Assembly: GCA_965279035.1 (NCBI GenBank)
Contig: OZ257142.1
Location: 1,056,001-1,120,000, forward strand
Reading direction: 5' to 3'
From: Bacteroidia bacterium
GTDB lineage: Bacteria; Bacteroidota; Bacteroidia; M30B66
DNA length: 64,000 bases
Shown: piece after piece, positions 9,873 through 18,012 of the stretch
How positions within the stretch are numbered: position 1 is the stretch's first letter
Layout of the letters: each line of letters opens with the position of its first letter
Notes under the pieces: model-generated
The model's input: the letters and a program-made list of their open reading frames with translations, nothing else
Databases searched by the model: none
What the model was told of the DNA's origin: nothing
Position numbers and translations under genes: made by a program

Positions 9873-11462
9873 ATGACTCGATTCCTTTTGATTTTCGCTT
9901 TTTTAGGAATGACATTTATTTTAAATGCTCAAACGTTAGAAGAAGCTAAACGTCTAACATTGAATGAACAAAATGAAGAAGCCAGTACTGTATTTAGGCA
10001 GTTGGTTTCGAAATTTCCTAATAAAGGGGATTATTGGTTTTACTTTGGGGAGAACTTATTGAAGTCAGACAATCTAGATTCTGCTAAAACTCTCTATACA
10101 CTGGGTGTTCAAAATGAACCAACTAATCCTTTGAACTTTGTTGGATTAGGAAAGATTGCCAAACTAGAAGGGAATAAAGAGCAATCAGCACAACAATTTT
10201 CAAAAGCAATCCAATTAGGAGCAGGAAAAAATGCAGAAGTATTAATCCGAACTGCAGAAGCCTATATTTCAATTGATCCTAAGGATTTAACTCAAGCATT
10301 TACCTTGTTGAAGGAAGCAGAGAAACTGCAACTTCGAAATCCTGAAATTCAAATTTTAAATGGTGATGCTTTTTTAGAAAACAATGATGGCTCAAGTGCT
10401 GTGAAATTTTACGAAAAGGCACAAGCCTTAGATCCAAAATCTCCTCAAGCGATGTTACGTCTTGGTCAACTTTGGGTGAGAGCACGTAATTATGTTGGAA
10501 AGGACGGGGAAAAAGGTGCATTAGAATACTATCAAGATGCAATAAAAATTGATTCATCATTTGCACCTGCATACAGAGAATTAGGTGAGTTGTATGGAAA
10601 AGCACAACGCTATGAAGAAGCGAAAAAGAATTATGCAAAATACTTAGAGCTTTCTAAAGGGAATACAGGTTCTCGTATTCGTTATGCTTCATTTTTATAT
10701 GCAACAAAAGAGTATAAAGAAGCATTAAATGTGATTAATACTGTTTGGCAAACTGATACATCTCGTGTATTGTTATATCGTTTAGCAGCATATTCGTCAT
10801 ATGAAACGAAAGATTACGTGAATGGTATAAAGTACATTGAGAAGTTTTTTAATCGTCAAATTGAAAGCAAATTGTTAGCGAAAGATTTCGCTTATTATGG
10901 AAGGTTGTTATCTGCAAATGGTCAAGATTCCTTGGCAATTGAAAAGTTGAATACAGCCTATTCTCGAGACACTGCGGCAAATGATTTACTTACTGATATT
11001 GCTTCCGTGTATTCTAAAATGAAGCGGTATAATGAGGCTGCTCAGGCTTATGAAAAGAAAATCGCCCTAACAAAACCATCATCAAAAGATTACCATTTGT
11101 TGGGTATTACGTATTATAAAATGAATGAATTTGGAAAAGCAGATACTGCATTTTCGAAAGTCAATGAGATTTCTCCCAAGTTTGTTCAAGGTTTTGATTG
11201 GAGAGGAAGAGCTCAAAGTAGTTTGGATCCAGATTCGAAAGCAGGGTTAGCAAAAGCTTCGTTTGAACAAGTTGTTTTATTAGCCGAACCCGATTCTGTA
11301 AAATACGCTAAGGAGTTGATAAGCGCTTATCGATATCTTGGGTATTATTACTACATCAACAAGGACTATACGAATTCTCGTATTTGGTGGGAAAAAGTAA
11401 AAGCAATAGATCCTTTAGATAAGCAAGCAAACGATGCTTTAGCTGATATGAAGGGCAAATAA
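9873..11462 (+). CDS. Secreted TPR-repeat protein
   Basis: Signal peptide from ATG 9873; many TPR helices (A..Y.KA...DP). Confidence 0.85.
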   Translation: MTRFLLIFAFLGMTFILNAQTLEEAKRLTLNEQNEEASTVFRQLVSKFPNKGDYWFYFGENLLKSDNLDSAKTLYTLGVQNEPTNPLNFVGLGKIAKLEGNKEQSAQQFSKAIQLGAGKNAEVLIRTAEAYISIDPKDLTQAFTLLKEAEKLQLRNPEIQILNGDAFLENNDGSSAVKFYEKAQALDPKSPQAMLRLGQLWVRARNYVGKDGEKGALEYYQDAIKIDSSFAPAYRELGELYGKAQRYEEAKKNYAKYLELSKGNTGSRIRYASFLYATKEYKEALNVINTVWQTDTSRVLLYRLAAYSSYETKDYVNGIKYIEKFFNRQIESKLLAKDFAYYGRLLSANGQDSLAIEKLNTAYSRDTAANDLLTDIASVYSKMKRYNEAAQAYEKKIALTKPSSKDYHLLGITYYKMNEFGKADTAFSKVNEISPKFVQGFDWRGRAQSSLDPDSKAGLAKASFEQVVLLAEPDSVKYAKELISAYRYLGYYYYINKDYTNSRIWWEKVKAIDPLDKQANDALADMKGK

Positions 11463-11474
11463 TTAAGAAACCAT

Positions 11475-11507
11475 AAAAAAACCGGAGATAAAATCTCCGG
11501 TTTTTTT
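11475..11507. terminator. Bidirectional intrinsic terminator
   Basis: A-run CCGGAGAT-AAA-ATCTCCGG T-run between convergent genes. Confidence 0.9.
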
Positions 11508-11510
11508 ATT

Positions 11511-12002
11511 TCATGACTTCATGTTTTGGAACTGAAGAGGAATACCAACATCTGCTGTTCGAAGAAAAGCCATCGTTTGTTGAAGGTCATCAATTTTTTT
11601 ACCTGAAACTCGCAATTGATCATCCATGATTTGAGCTTGAACCTTTAGTCCGGAATCTTTGATGATTTTGGCAATTTTCCTTGAGCTATCTTTATCGATA
11701 CCTTGTTTTATAATAATGTCTTTTCTAACCATGTTTCCTGAAGCATATTGCTTTTTCCCGAAATCCATGCAGTTAGGATCGATTTTCTGTTTAATGAGTC
11801 GAGAACGAACAACATCCTCCACTGCTGTTATTCTCATTTCATTTTCTGTTAGAATATGAACTATTAAAGTTTTCTTATCCAGATCTATTTCAGTTTTAGA
11901 ATCTCGAAAATCAAAACGTGTAGTAATCTCTTTTGTAGCAGCATTTATAGCATTGTCGAGTGTTTGTAAGTCAACTTTGCTAACGATATCGAATGAAGGC
12001 AT
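11511..12002 (-). CDS. yajQ: YajQ-family nucleotide/c-di-GMP-binding protein
   Basis: MPSFDIVSKVD start; RVSGKKIDDLQ. Confidence 0.95.
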   Translation of the reverse strand: MPSFDIVSKVDLQTLDNAINAATKEITTRFDFRDSKTEIDLDKKTLIVHILTENEMRITAVEDVVRSRLIKQKIDPNCMDFGKKQYASGNMVRKDIIIKQGIDKDSSRKIAKIIKDSGLKVQAQIMDDQLRVSGKKIDDLQQTMAFLRTADVGIPLQFQNMKS

Positions 12003-12112
12003 ATCCTTATTTTGAATTCTATGCGAATGTATGAATTGTCATGTATTTGAAATACTGCATTAAAACATGCCAAGAAAAAACGCTACACTGTTAGGATGTT
12101 TAAAAAATATTT

Positions 12113-12120
12113 TATCTTTG
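12113..12120 (+). promoter_or_regulatory. -7 element TATCTTTG for rpsU
   Basis: Exact consensus 31 nt upstream of the ATG. Confidence 0.7.
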
Positions 12121-12151
12121 CGTCCCTTAAAACAATAAAGAATTACAACCG

Positions 12152-12346
12152 ATGCTAATCATTCCTGTTAAAGAAGGCGAATCAATTGAAAAAGCGCTGA
12201 AGAAATTTAAGCGTAAAGTGGAAAAAACTGGCCTCATTAAAAATCTTCGTGAGCGTCAAAAATTCACAAAACCTTCTATCGTTCGTCGCGAGGAAATTAA
12301 AAAAGCGATTTACAGCGCTCAATTTAAAACAAATCAAGAAGCTTAA
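12152..12346 (+). CDS. rpsU: 30S ribosomal protein bS21
   Basis: VKEGESIEKALKKFKRK...FTKPS. Confidence 0.97.
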   Translation: MLIIPVKEGESIEKALKKFKRKVEKTGLIKNLRERQKFTKPSIVRREEIKKAIYSAQFKTNQEA

Positions 12347-12368
12347 TTAAGCTTTCATTATACTATTC

Positions 12369-12401
12369 AAGGGATTCTTCTTCGGGGGAATCCCTTTTTT
12401 T
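12369..12401 (+). terminator. Intrinsic terminator after rpsU
   Basis: GGGATTCTTC-TTCG-GGGGAATCCC followed by T7. Confidence 0.85.
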
Positions 12402-12471
12402 GTTGATAATCGTGTTCTTTCTTTTGCGTTACAATAATAAATGTTGTTCAACGAGATATTAATTTTCTGAA

Positions 12472-13353
12472 ATGGAAGCAATTGCTCAATTCATCGAATA
12501 TTTAAAGTTTGAAAAACGATATTCTCGTCATTCTTTGATAGCATATGAAGGTGATTTACGACAATGGGCAGCTTATCTTAAAATCACTTATGAAGTTGAC
12601 AAATTAGACGAGGTCAATGCTCTATATATTCGTTCTTGGCTTGTTAGTAGGATGGAAGAGGGGCTTGATCCACGAAGTATTAATCGGAAAATTACAGCTT
12701 TAAAGTCTTTCTATAAATATGCAATTCGATTAGGTTGGGTTAAAATCAATCCTATGGGGAAGATTAGTTCTCCTAAAGTTTCGAAGAAATTGCCTGTTTA
12801 TGTTGAAGCTGAGAAACTAGATTTACTGCTTGACCATGCATTATTTGAAGATGATTTCAATGGTAAAAGAGACCATTTAATTCTTGAATTATTTTATGGA
12901 ACTGGAATGCGTCTTTCTGAGTTAATTGGTTTGTCTATCGTTGATATAGATATTCGAAATCAACAATTGAAAGTAACAGGTAAACGGAATAAACAAAGAA
13001 TAATTCCACTATTTCCAGCTTTGACAGAGAAAATTTCAAACTATCTAAATGATAGAAACGCTATTTCAACACCGCATTCAATTTTACTTATTTCAGAAGA
13101 AGGAAAATCGCTTTATCCAATTCAAGTTTATCGATTAGTAAATAAGTATTTAGCTTCTGTTAGCACACAAAAGAAAAAGAGTCCTCATGTGTTGCGTCAT
13201 TCGTTTGCAACAGAAATGCTAAATAAAGGCGCTGATTTGAATGCTATTAAGGAAATACTCGGACACGCCAATTTAAGTGCTACACAAGTGTATACTCATA
13301 ATACAATTGAAAAGCTAAAAACGGCTTATAAACAGGCTCATCCGAGAGCATAA
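12472..13353 (+). CDS. xerC: Tyrosine recombinase, XerC type
   Basis: TGMRLSEL, GKRNKQR, HVLRHSFAT and LGHANLSATQVY catalytic motifs; rpsU linkage. Confidence 0.85.
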   Translation: MEAIAQFIEYLKFEKRYSRHSLIAYEGDLRQWAAYLKITYEVDKLDEVNALYIRSWLVSRMEEGLDPRSINRKITALKSFYKYAIRLGWVKINPMGKISSPKVSKKLPVYVEAEKLDLLLDHALFEDDFNGKRDHLILELFYGTGMRLSELIGLSIVDIDIRNQQLKVTGKRNKQRIIPLFPALTEKISNYLNDRNAISTPHSILLISEEGKSLYPIQVYRLVNKYLASVSTQKKKSPHVLRHSFATEMLNKGADLNAIKEILGHANLSATQVYTHNTIEKLKTAYKQAHPRA

Positions 13354-13361
13354 GAACAAAC

Positions 13362-13379
13362 TGTTAAGGAATTGTTAAG
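13362..13379 (+). promoter_or_regulatory. Candidate PhoB/OmpR-type direct repeat (TGTTAAG x2, 11-bp period)
   Basis: TGTTAAG at 13362 and 13373, upstream of a phosphate transporter. Confidence 0.4.
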
Positions 13380-13417
13380 CACCAAAATAGTTTAAAATTT
13401 GGGTTAGTTTCGTTTCT

Positions 13418-14824
13418 ATGTTTGGACTCGACCTAAACCTTACCATTCTTCTCATTATATGCATTTTATGTGCATGTGTTTTTGAATTTATTAATGGTTT
13501 TCATGATACAGCTAATGCTGTAGCAACAGTAATTTATACTAAGTCATTAAAACCTTTTCAATCTGTTATTCTTTCGGGAGTGATGAATTCTGTTGGTGTA
13601 TTTGCAGGTGGTATTGCAGTTGCCATGGGGATTGTAAATCTTCTTCCACCGGAATCTTTAGTTAATCAGGAAGTAGGTCAAAATGTTGCGTTGATATTAG
13701 CTTTATTATTTTCTGCCATCATCTGGAATTTAGGGACTTGGTGGATGGGAATTCCCGCATCAAGTTCACACACTTTGATTGGATCTATTTTAGGCGTAGG
13801 AGTTGTGTTTTCACTTACTTCAGCCAACGGCGATTTATCGGGTGTTAATTGGTCAAAAGCTTCCAATATTGGTTTGTCTTTACTTATTTCTCCATTGCTT
13901 GGATTTGGATTAACGATGCTTTCCATGAGCTTACTTAAGCGTTTCATGAAAGATCAAGCAATTTTTAAAGCACCTGAAGGAGAAAAACCACCTAAAAACT
14001 GGATACGTGGATTATTGATAGCCAGTTGTGCTGGCTTGAGCTTTACACATGGTTCGAATGATGGTCAAAAAGGTGTTGGCTTGATTATGTTGATTTTAAT
14101 CAGTATTGCACCTATGCATTTTGCAATGGATTCAAGCAGGGATTTATTTCAAATGGAAATTCATTCGAGGAAAGCTCTAGAAACAGTTATTCTATTAGAT
14201 GAAGTTCAATTAAAGCCAATAGATCGAGCAATTGCCAATCAAATTAAAGCTGAATTATTTGATATAAGTCAGGTGTTTGACAGACATAGAAATGAAAAAA
14301 AAATCCCCCAAGCAGAGAGTTTTAGTTTAAGAAAAGACATATTGTTTATAGCTGTCCATATTCAAAAATTGAAGGTTGCAGGTGCATTAAAAACCTTAGG
14401 GCATGAACAAATAAAATCTTTAGAATTATCGGTAAAAGAGATGAAGTCCTATACTGAGTATGCTCCTAGTTGGGTTATTCTAATTATTTCATTAAGCCTT
14501 GGTATAGGAACTATGGTTGGCTGGAAACGAATTGTTGTAACCATTGGAGAGAAAATAGGCAAAGAGAACTTAACGTATGCGCAAGGAGCAAGCGCTGGAT
14601 TTGTTTCGGCAGCAACAATTTGGGTAGCAAGTTTAACCGGTTTGCCCGTTAGTACAACCCAAGTATTATCTTCTGGTATTGCAGGAAGTATGGTTTCTTC
14701 GAATGGAATAAAAAATCTTCAAGGTGGGACAATACGAAATATCGCCATTGCCTGGCTACTCACTTTGCCTGTAACTATGTTGCTTTCGGCAGGATTGTTT
14801 ATGTTATTCCGATACCTTTTCTGA
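13418..14824 (+). CDS. PiT-family inorganic phosphate transporter
   Basis: NGFHDTANAVAT, HGSNDGQK and GLPVSTTQ signatures; central soluble insert. Confidence 0.93.
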   Translation: MFGLDLNLTILLIICILCACVFEFINGFHDTANAVATVIYTKSLKPFQSVILSGVMNSVGVFAGGIAVAMGIVNLLPPESLVNQEVGQNVALILALLFSAIIWNLGTWWMGIPASSSHTLIGSILGVGVVFSLTSANGDLSGVNWSKASNIGLSLLISPLLGFGLTMLSMSLLKRFMKDQAIFKAPEGEKPPKNWIRGLLIASCAGLSFTHGSNDGQKGVGLIMLILISIAPMHFAMDSSRDLFQMEIHSRKALETVILLDEVQLKPIDRAIANQIKAELFDISQVFDRHRNEKKIPQAESFSLRKDILFIAVHIQKLKVAGALKTLGHEQIKSLELSVKEMKSYTEYAPSWVILIISLSLGIGTMVGWKRIVVTIGEKIGKENLTYAQGASAGFVSAATIWVASLTGLPVSTTQVLSSGIAGSMVSSNGIKNLQGGTIRNIAIAWLLTLPVTMLLSAGLFMLFRYLF

Positions 14825-14825
14825 T

Positions 14826-15980
14826 TTAGTCTTCTATTTCATCATCCTTTGATGCAATTTTCTGTTTTAGATGCAAACAGCTGCTCACTGGATAATGATC
14901 TGAGAATTTCTTCCGGATAACTTTAAAATAGAGAGATTCAAAAGCATCTGGTGAATAAAGTATATAATCGATTCTTAAAAATGGAATCATACCAATATAG
15001 GTTGTTCCTATCCCTGATCCGGAAGTTCTAAAAGCATCGGCAAGTCCATTTGATATTTGATGATATGCATACGAATTTGGAGTATCATTAAAATCACCGC
15101 AAACAATGATTGGATATGGACAATCTTCAATATGTTTTCGAATGATATCTGTTTGTCGAGCTCTTCTAATGAAGGCTCTTCTCATGCGAGATATAATTTT
15201 CTGTGGGCCATCTAGATCGGTTTGATCTTCATTTCCAGTGATGGTTTTTAATGCCTTATAATCTTCACGTCGAAAGCGGATTGATTCCAAATGAAGATTG
15301 TAAATTCGAAATGTATCGTTGTATGCAATTATATCGGAGAAGATTGAAATGTTATCCGTGCTATCACGAAATTGAATTATTCCTTTTTTAATTATTGGAA
15401 ATCGTGTAAACGTTGCAATTCCCCAATGATTCACGCGCTTTACTGTAGCTGTATGTTCAATATGTACATGGGATGCGGGTTGAATTTGCATAAGTGTATC
15501 TAGGGTATTGAATTTCCCTGTGTCTTCATAAAAGAACTCTTGAAAACATAAAATATCAGCTTGTTGCTTGCTGATCAAAGACATTATTTTGTTTTTCGTT
15601 TCTTTATTTTCAGTCCAATTATATAAGTCGAATAGGCGAACATTATAGGACATCACTCGCATGGTTGAATCACGTGTATTGAATCCGTTGAGTTGAATTT
15701 CATCGGGTTCAACTCTCCATTGATATAGGTCACTTACTTTAGATATTCCAAGTAAAATGATGATTGCGGAAAACATTCCACGTTTCCATTTTACCAGAAG
15801 CCAGAATAAAAGAAAAAGGATATTACTTATTAAAAGAACAGGATAGGCCAATCCCATAAAAGCAAACATCCAGAAATTTTCGGGGCTAACAAATAATGCC
15901 AAATATGAAATCCCAAGGGCCGCTACAGCCAATAAATTAAAAACAAAAATAATTCTCAGAAGGAAGTCTCGCTTTAACAC
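14826..15980 (-). CDS. Membrane-anchored endonuclease/exonuclease/phosphatase (EEP) protein
   Basis: N-terminal TMs; SYNV, LCFQE, GDFNDTP, RIDYI and SDHYPV motifs. Confidence 0.9.
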   Translation of the reverse strand: MLKRDFLLRIIFVFNLLAVAALGISYLALFVSPENFWMFAFMGLAYPVLLISNILFLLFWLLVKWKRGMFSAIIILLGISKVSDLYQWRVEPDEIQLNGFNTRDSTMRVMSYNVRLFDLYNWTENKETKNKIMSLISKQQADILCFQEFFYEDTGKFNTLDTLMQIQPASHVHIEHTATVKRVNHWGIATFTRFPIIKKGIIQFRDSTDNISIFSDIIAYNDTFRIYNLHLESIRFRREDYKALKTITGNEDQTDLDGPQKIISRMRRAFIRRARQTDIIRKHIEDCPYPIIVCGDFNDTPNSYAYHQISNGLADAFRTSGSGIGTTYIGMIPFLRIDYILYSPDAFESLYFKVIRKKFSDHYPVSSCLHLKQKIASKDDEIED

Positions 15981-16068
15981 AGCAAATGGGAATTGTCAAA
16001 AATAATCAAACCAATCAAGGTTCAATGAAATTCGGTTGGAAAGAAAAATCTTCCAATACCTTTGCTCA

Positions 16069-17181
16069 GTGAAAAAAAATCTCTCACTTCTGTTTTTTCT
16101 CTTTAGTTTAGGATTGACTTTAAAAAGTCAGCAGGATGAAATTATTCATTCAATTTACCTTATCGGAGATACAGGAAAAGACACGATTCCCTCAGAAGCC
16201 GTTCAATTACTCGCTTTTGAAACGTTTGATGATTCCTTAAGTACTGTCATTTTTCTTGGTGATAATTGTTATCCACAAGGATTAAATCCAAGGTATTCGA
16301 GTAAAAACATCGCTATAGCTGAGAGAAAACTGTTATCTCAATTTGAAATGTTTGTTGGTTATCGAGGGAATTTTTGCATTATACCGGGTAATCATGATTG
16401 GAGTAGTGGAAAGGCATCGGGAAAAAAAGCAGTAGAAGCTCAATCAGCTCTTGCAAATGAATGGTTTAGAAAGAACTCAATTGTAAAAAACAAAACACAA
16501 GGAGTATTTTCTACCAAAGCAGGATTTCCTGGTCCGGAACAATACCAAATTGATTCAAGCATCACCTTGATATTTTTGGATTCTCAATGGTGGCTTCAAT
16601 CGGATCTTTTTAAGAAAGTTGGTAAGCTTCCTGGAAAATCCTTGAAGCAAACTCGAAGAATAGCGTTTGAGCGATTGGATAGTATGTTATTTGAGGTTGA
16701 TCGACGAGGTGGAACAGCTGTAATTGCTGCTCATCACCCAATATACAGCAATGGAAAACACATTCATGTAAATGAACCAATCCGCTTTCTCATTAATTAC
16801 ACTCCCTTGAAATTATTGGGTTGGTTCGGATTGAACCGTTATTTCAGGCAGGATTTGCCACAACCACGTTATAGGCGTTACCGTAAATCGATTGAGAAAA
16901 TACTCTCGAAACATTCGAATATTATTTATGTTTCTGGACATGAACATGCGATGGAATATTTCGAGAAAGATAGTCTTCATTGTATTGTGAGTGGCTCAGG
17001 TTCAAAGATTTCGGAATTAGATCGCTATCGTTATCCAGCTCATTTTATGGATGATTTACAAAACGGATTTTTTAGAATTACATTTCATGCATCGGGTAAA
17101 GTTGAGTTGCATGCTTATGGTGTAAAAGATCGAGGTGAATATTGGAAAACAATTCTCTTTCATTTGCCTACATCACACTGA
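16069..17181 (+). CDS. Secreted calcineurin-like metallophosphoesterase
   Basis: GDTG, LGDNCY, PGNHDW, HHP and GHEH motifs; GTG 16069 lies just after the -7 element TACCTTTG (16057-16064). Confidence 0.88.
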   Translation: MKKNLSLLFFLFSLGLTLKSQQDEIIHSIYLIGDTGKDTIPSEAVQLLAFETFDDSLSTVIFLGDNCYPQGLNPRYSSKNIAIAERKLLSQFEMFVGYRGNFCIIPGNHDWSSGKASGKKAVEAQSALANEWFRKNSIVKNKTQGVFSTKAGFPGPEQYQIDSSITLIFLDSQWWLQSDLFKKVGKLPGKSLKQTRRIAFERLDSMLFEVDRRGGTAVIAAHHPIYSNGKHIHVNEPIRFLINYTPLKLLGWFGLNRYFRQDLPQPRYRRYRKSIEKILSKHSNIIYVSGHEHAMEYFEKDSLHCIVSGSGSKISELDRYRYPAHFMDDLQNGFFRITFHASGKVELHAYGVKDRGEYWKTILFHLPTSH

Positions 17182-17210
17182 ATTGTACATTTACACTAAG
17201 CAATATTTTT

Positions 17211-17882
17211 GTGCAAGAGATCTGGGATTCAATTCAACATTTTTTTGCTTTTTTTCAACCGAAAAATATTATCGAATATGGAGGTTTGATTTTCCTTCTT
17301 TCGGTTGTTTTTATTGAAAATGGGTTGTTTTTTGGATTCTTCCTTCCTGGAGATTCCCTTCTGTTTACAGCTGGTTTACTATGTGCAACCGGAGTTTTAA
17401 ATCACCCTTTTGAATTAATCATTATCAGTATTTTTCTCACAGCCGTTATGGGAAGTACTTTTGGATATTATTTCGGTTATAAAACCGGTGATAATTTATA
17501 TACACGGAAGGATACTTTCTTTTTTCGTAAAAGTCATCTTCGCACAGCGGAAGAATTTTATGCTAAAAATGGTTCTAAAACACTTGTCATTGGGAGGTTT
17601 TTACCCGTGATAAGAACATTTGCACCCATTGTTGCTGGCTTTATAAAAATGCCCTTTGCTCGTTTTATGTTAGCGAATATTTTAGGAGCAGCAGCTTGGG
17701 TTGGCTCTCTTGTTTCGATGGGTTATTTCTTAGGAAATGTTTGGCCGGATTCTGAAAAATACCTAGCGTATATTATTTTCTTATTGATATTTATTACCGC
17801 AATTCCAGTAATAACAACGTTTCTCAGAGCTCGAAAAAAACAGGATAATACTAAGAAAGATTCTGAAAAAGAAGCTCAATAA
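17211..17882 (+). CDS. DedA/VTT-family membrane protein
   Basis: ENGLFFGFFLPGDSLLFTAG and RFLPVIRTFAP; probable GTG start 17211. Confidence 0.92.
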   Translation: MQEIWDSIQHFFAFFQPKNIIEYGGLIFLLSVVFIENGLFFGFFLPGDSLLFTAGLLCATGVLNHPFELIIISIFLTAVMGSTFGYYFGYKTGDNLYTRKDTFFFRKSHLRTAEEFYAKNGSKTLVIGRFLPVIRTFAPIVAGFIKMPFARFMLANILGAAAWVGSLVSMGYFLGNVWPDSEKYLAYIIFLLIFITAIPVITTFLRARKKQDNTKKDSEKEAQ

Positions 17883-18012
17883 GGTTTGTCTGAAATAAAT
17901 CTTTCGATCAATACACAATTCCAATCAACACGCGTTCGTTCATAAGTTCAACTTCAACTAACCCCTCTCCGCACCGCATCGATCTATTTTTACATCCTGA
18001 AGGAGTGTATCC

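Noticed and set aside
12472-13353. Prophage or island integrase
   Set aside because: XerC-sized, in the housekeeping rpsU context, with no phage genes or att repeats seen.
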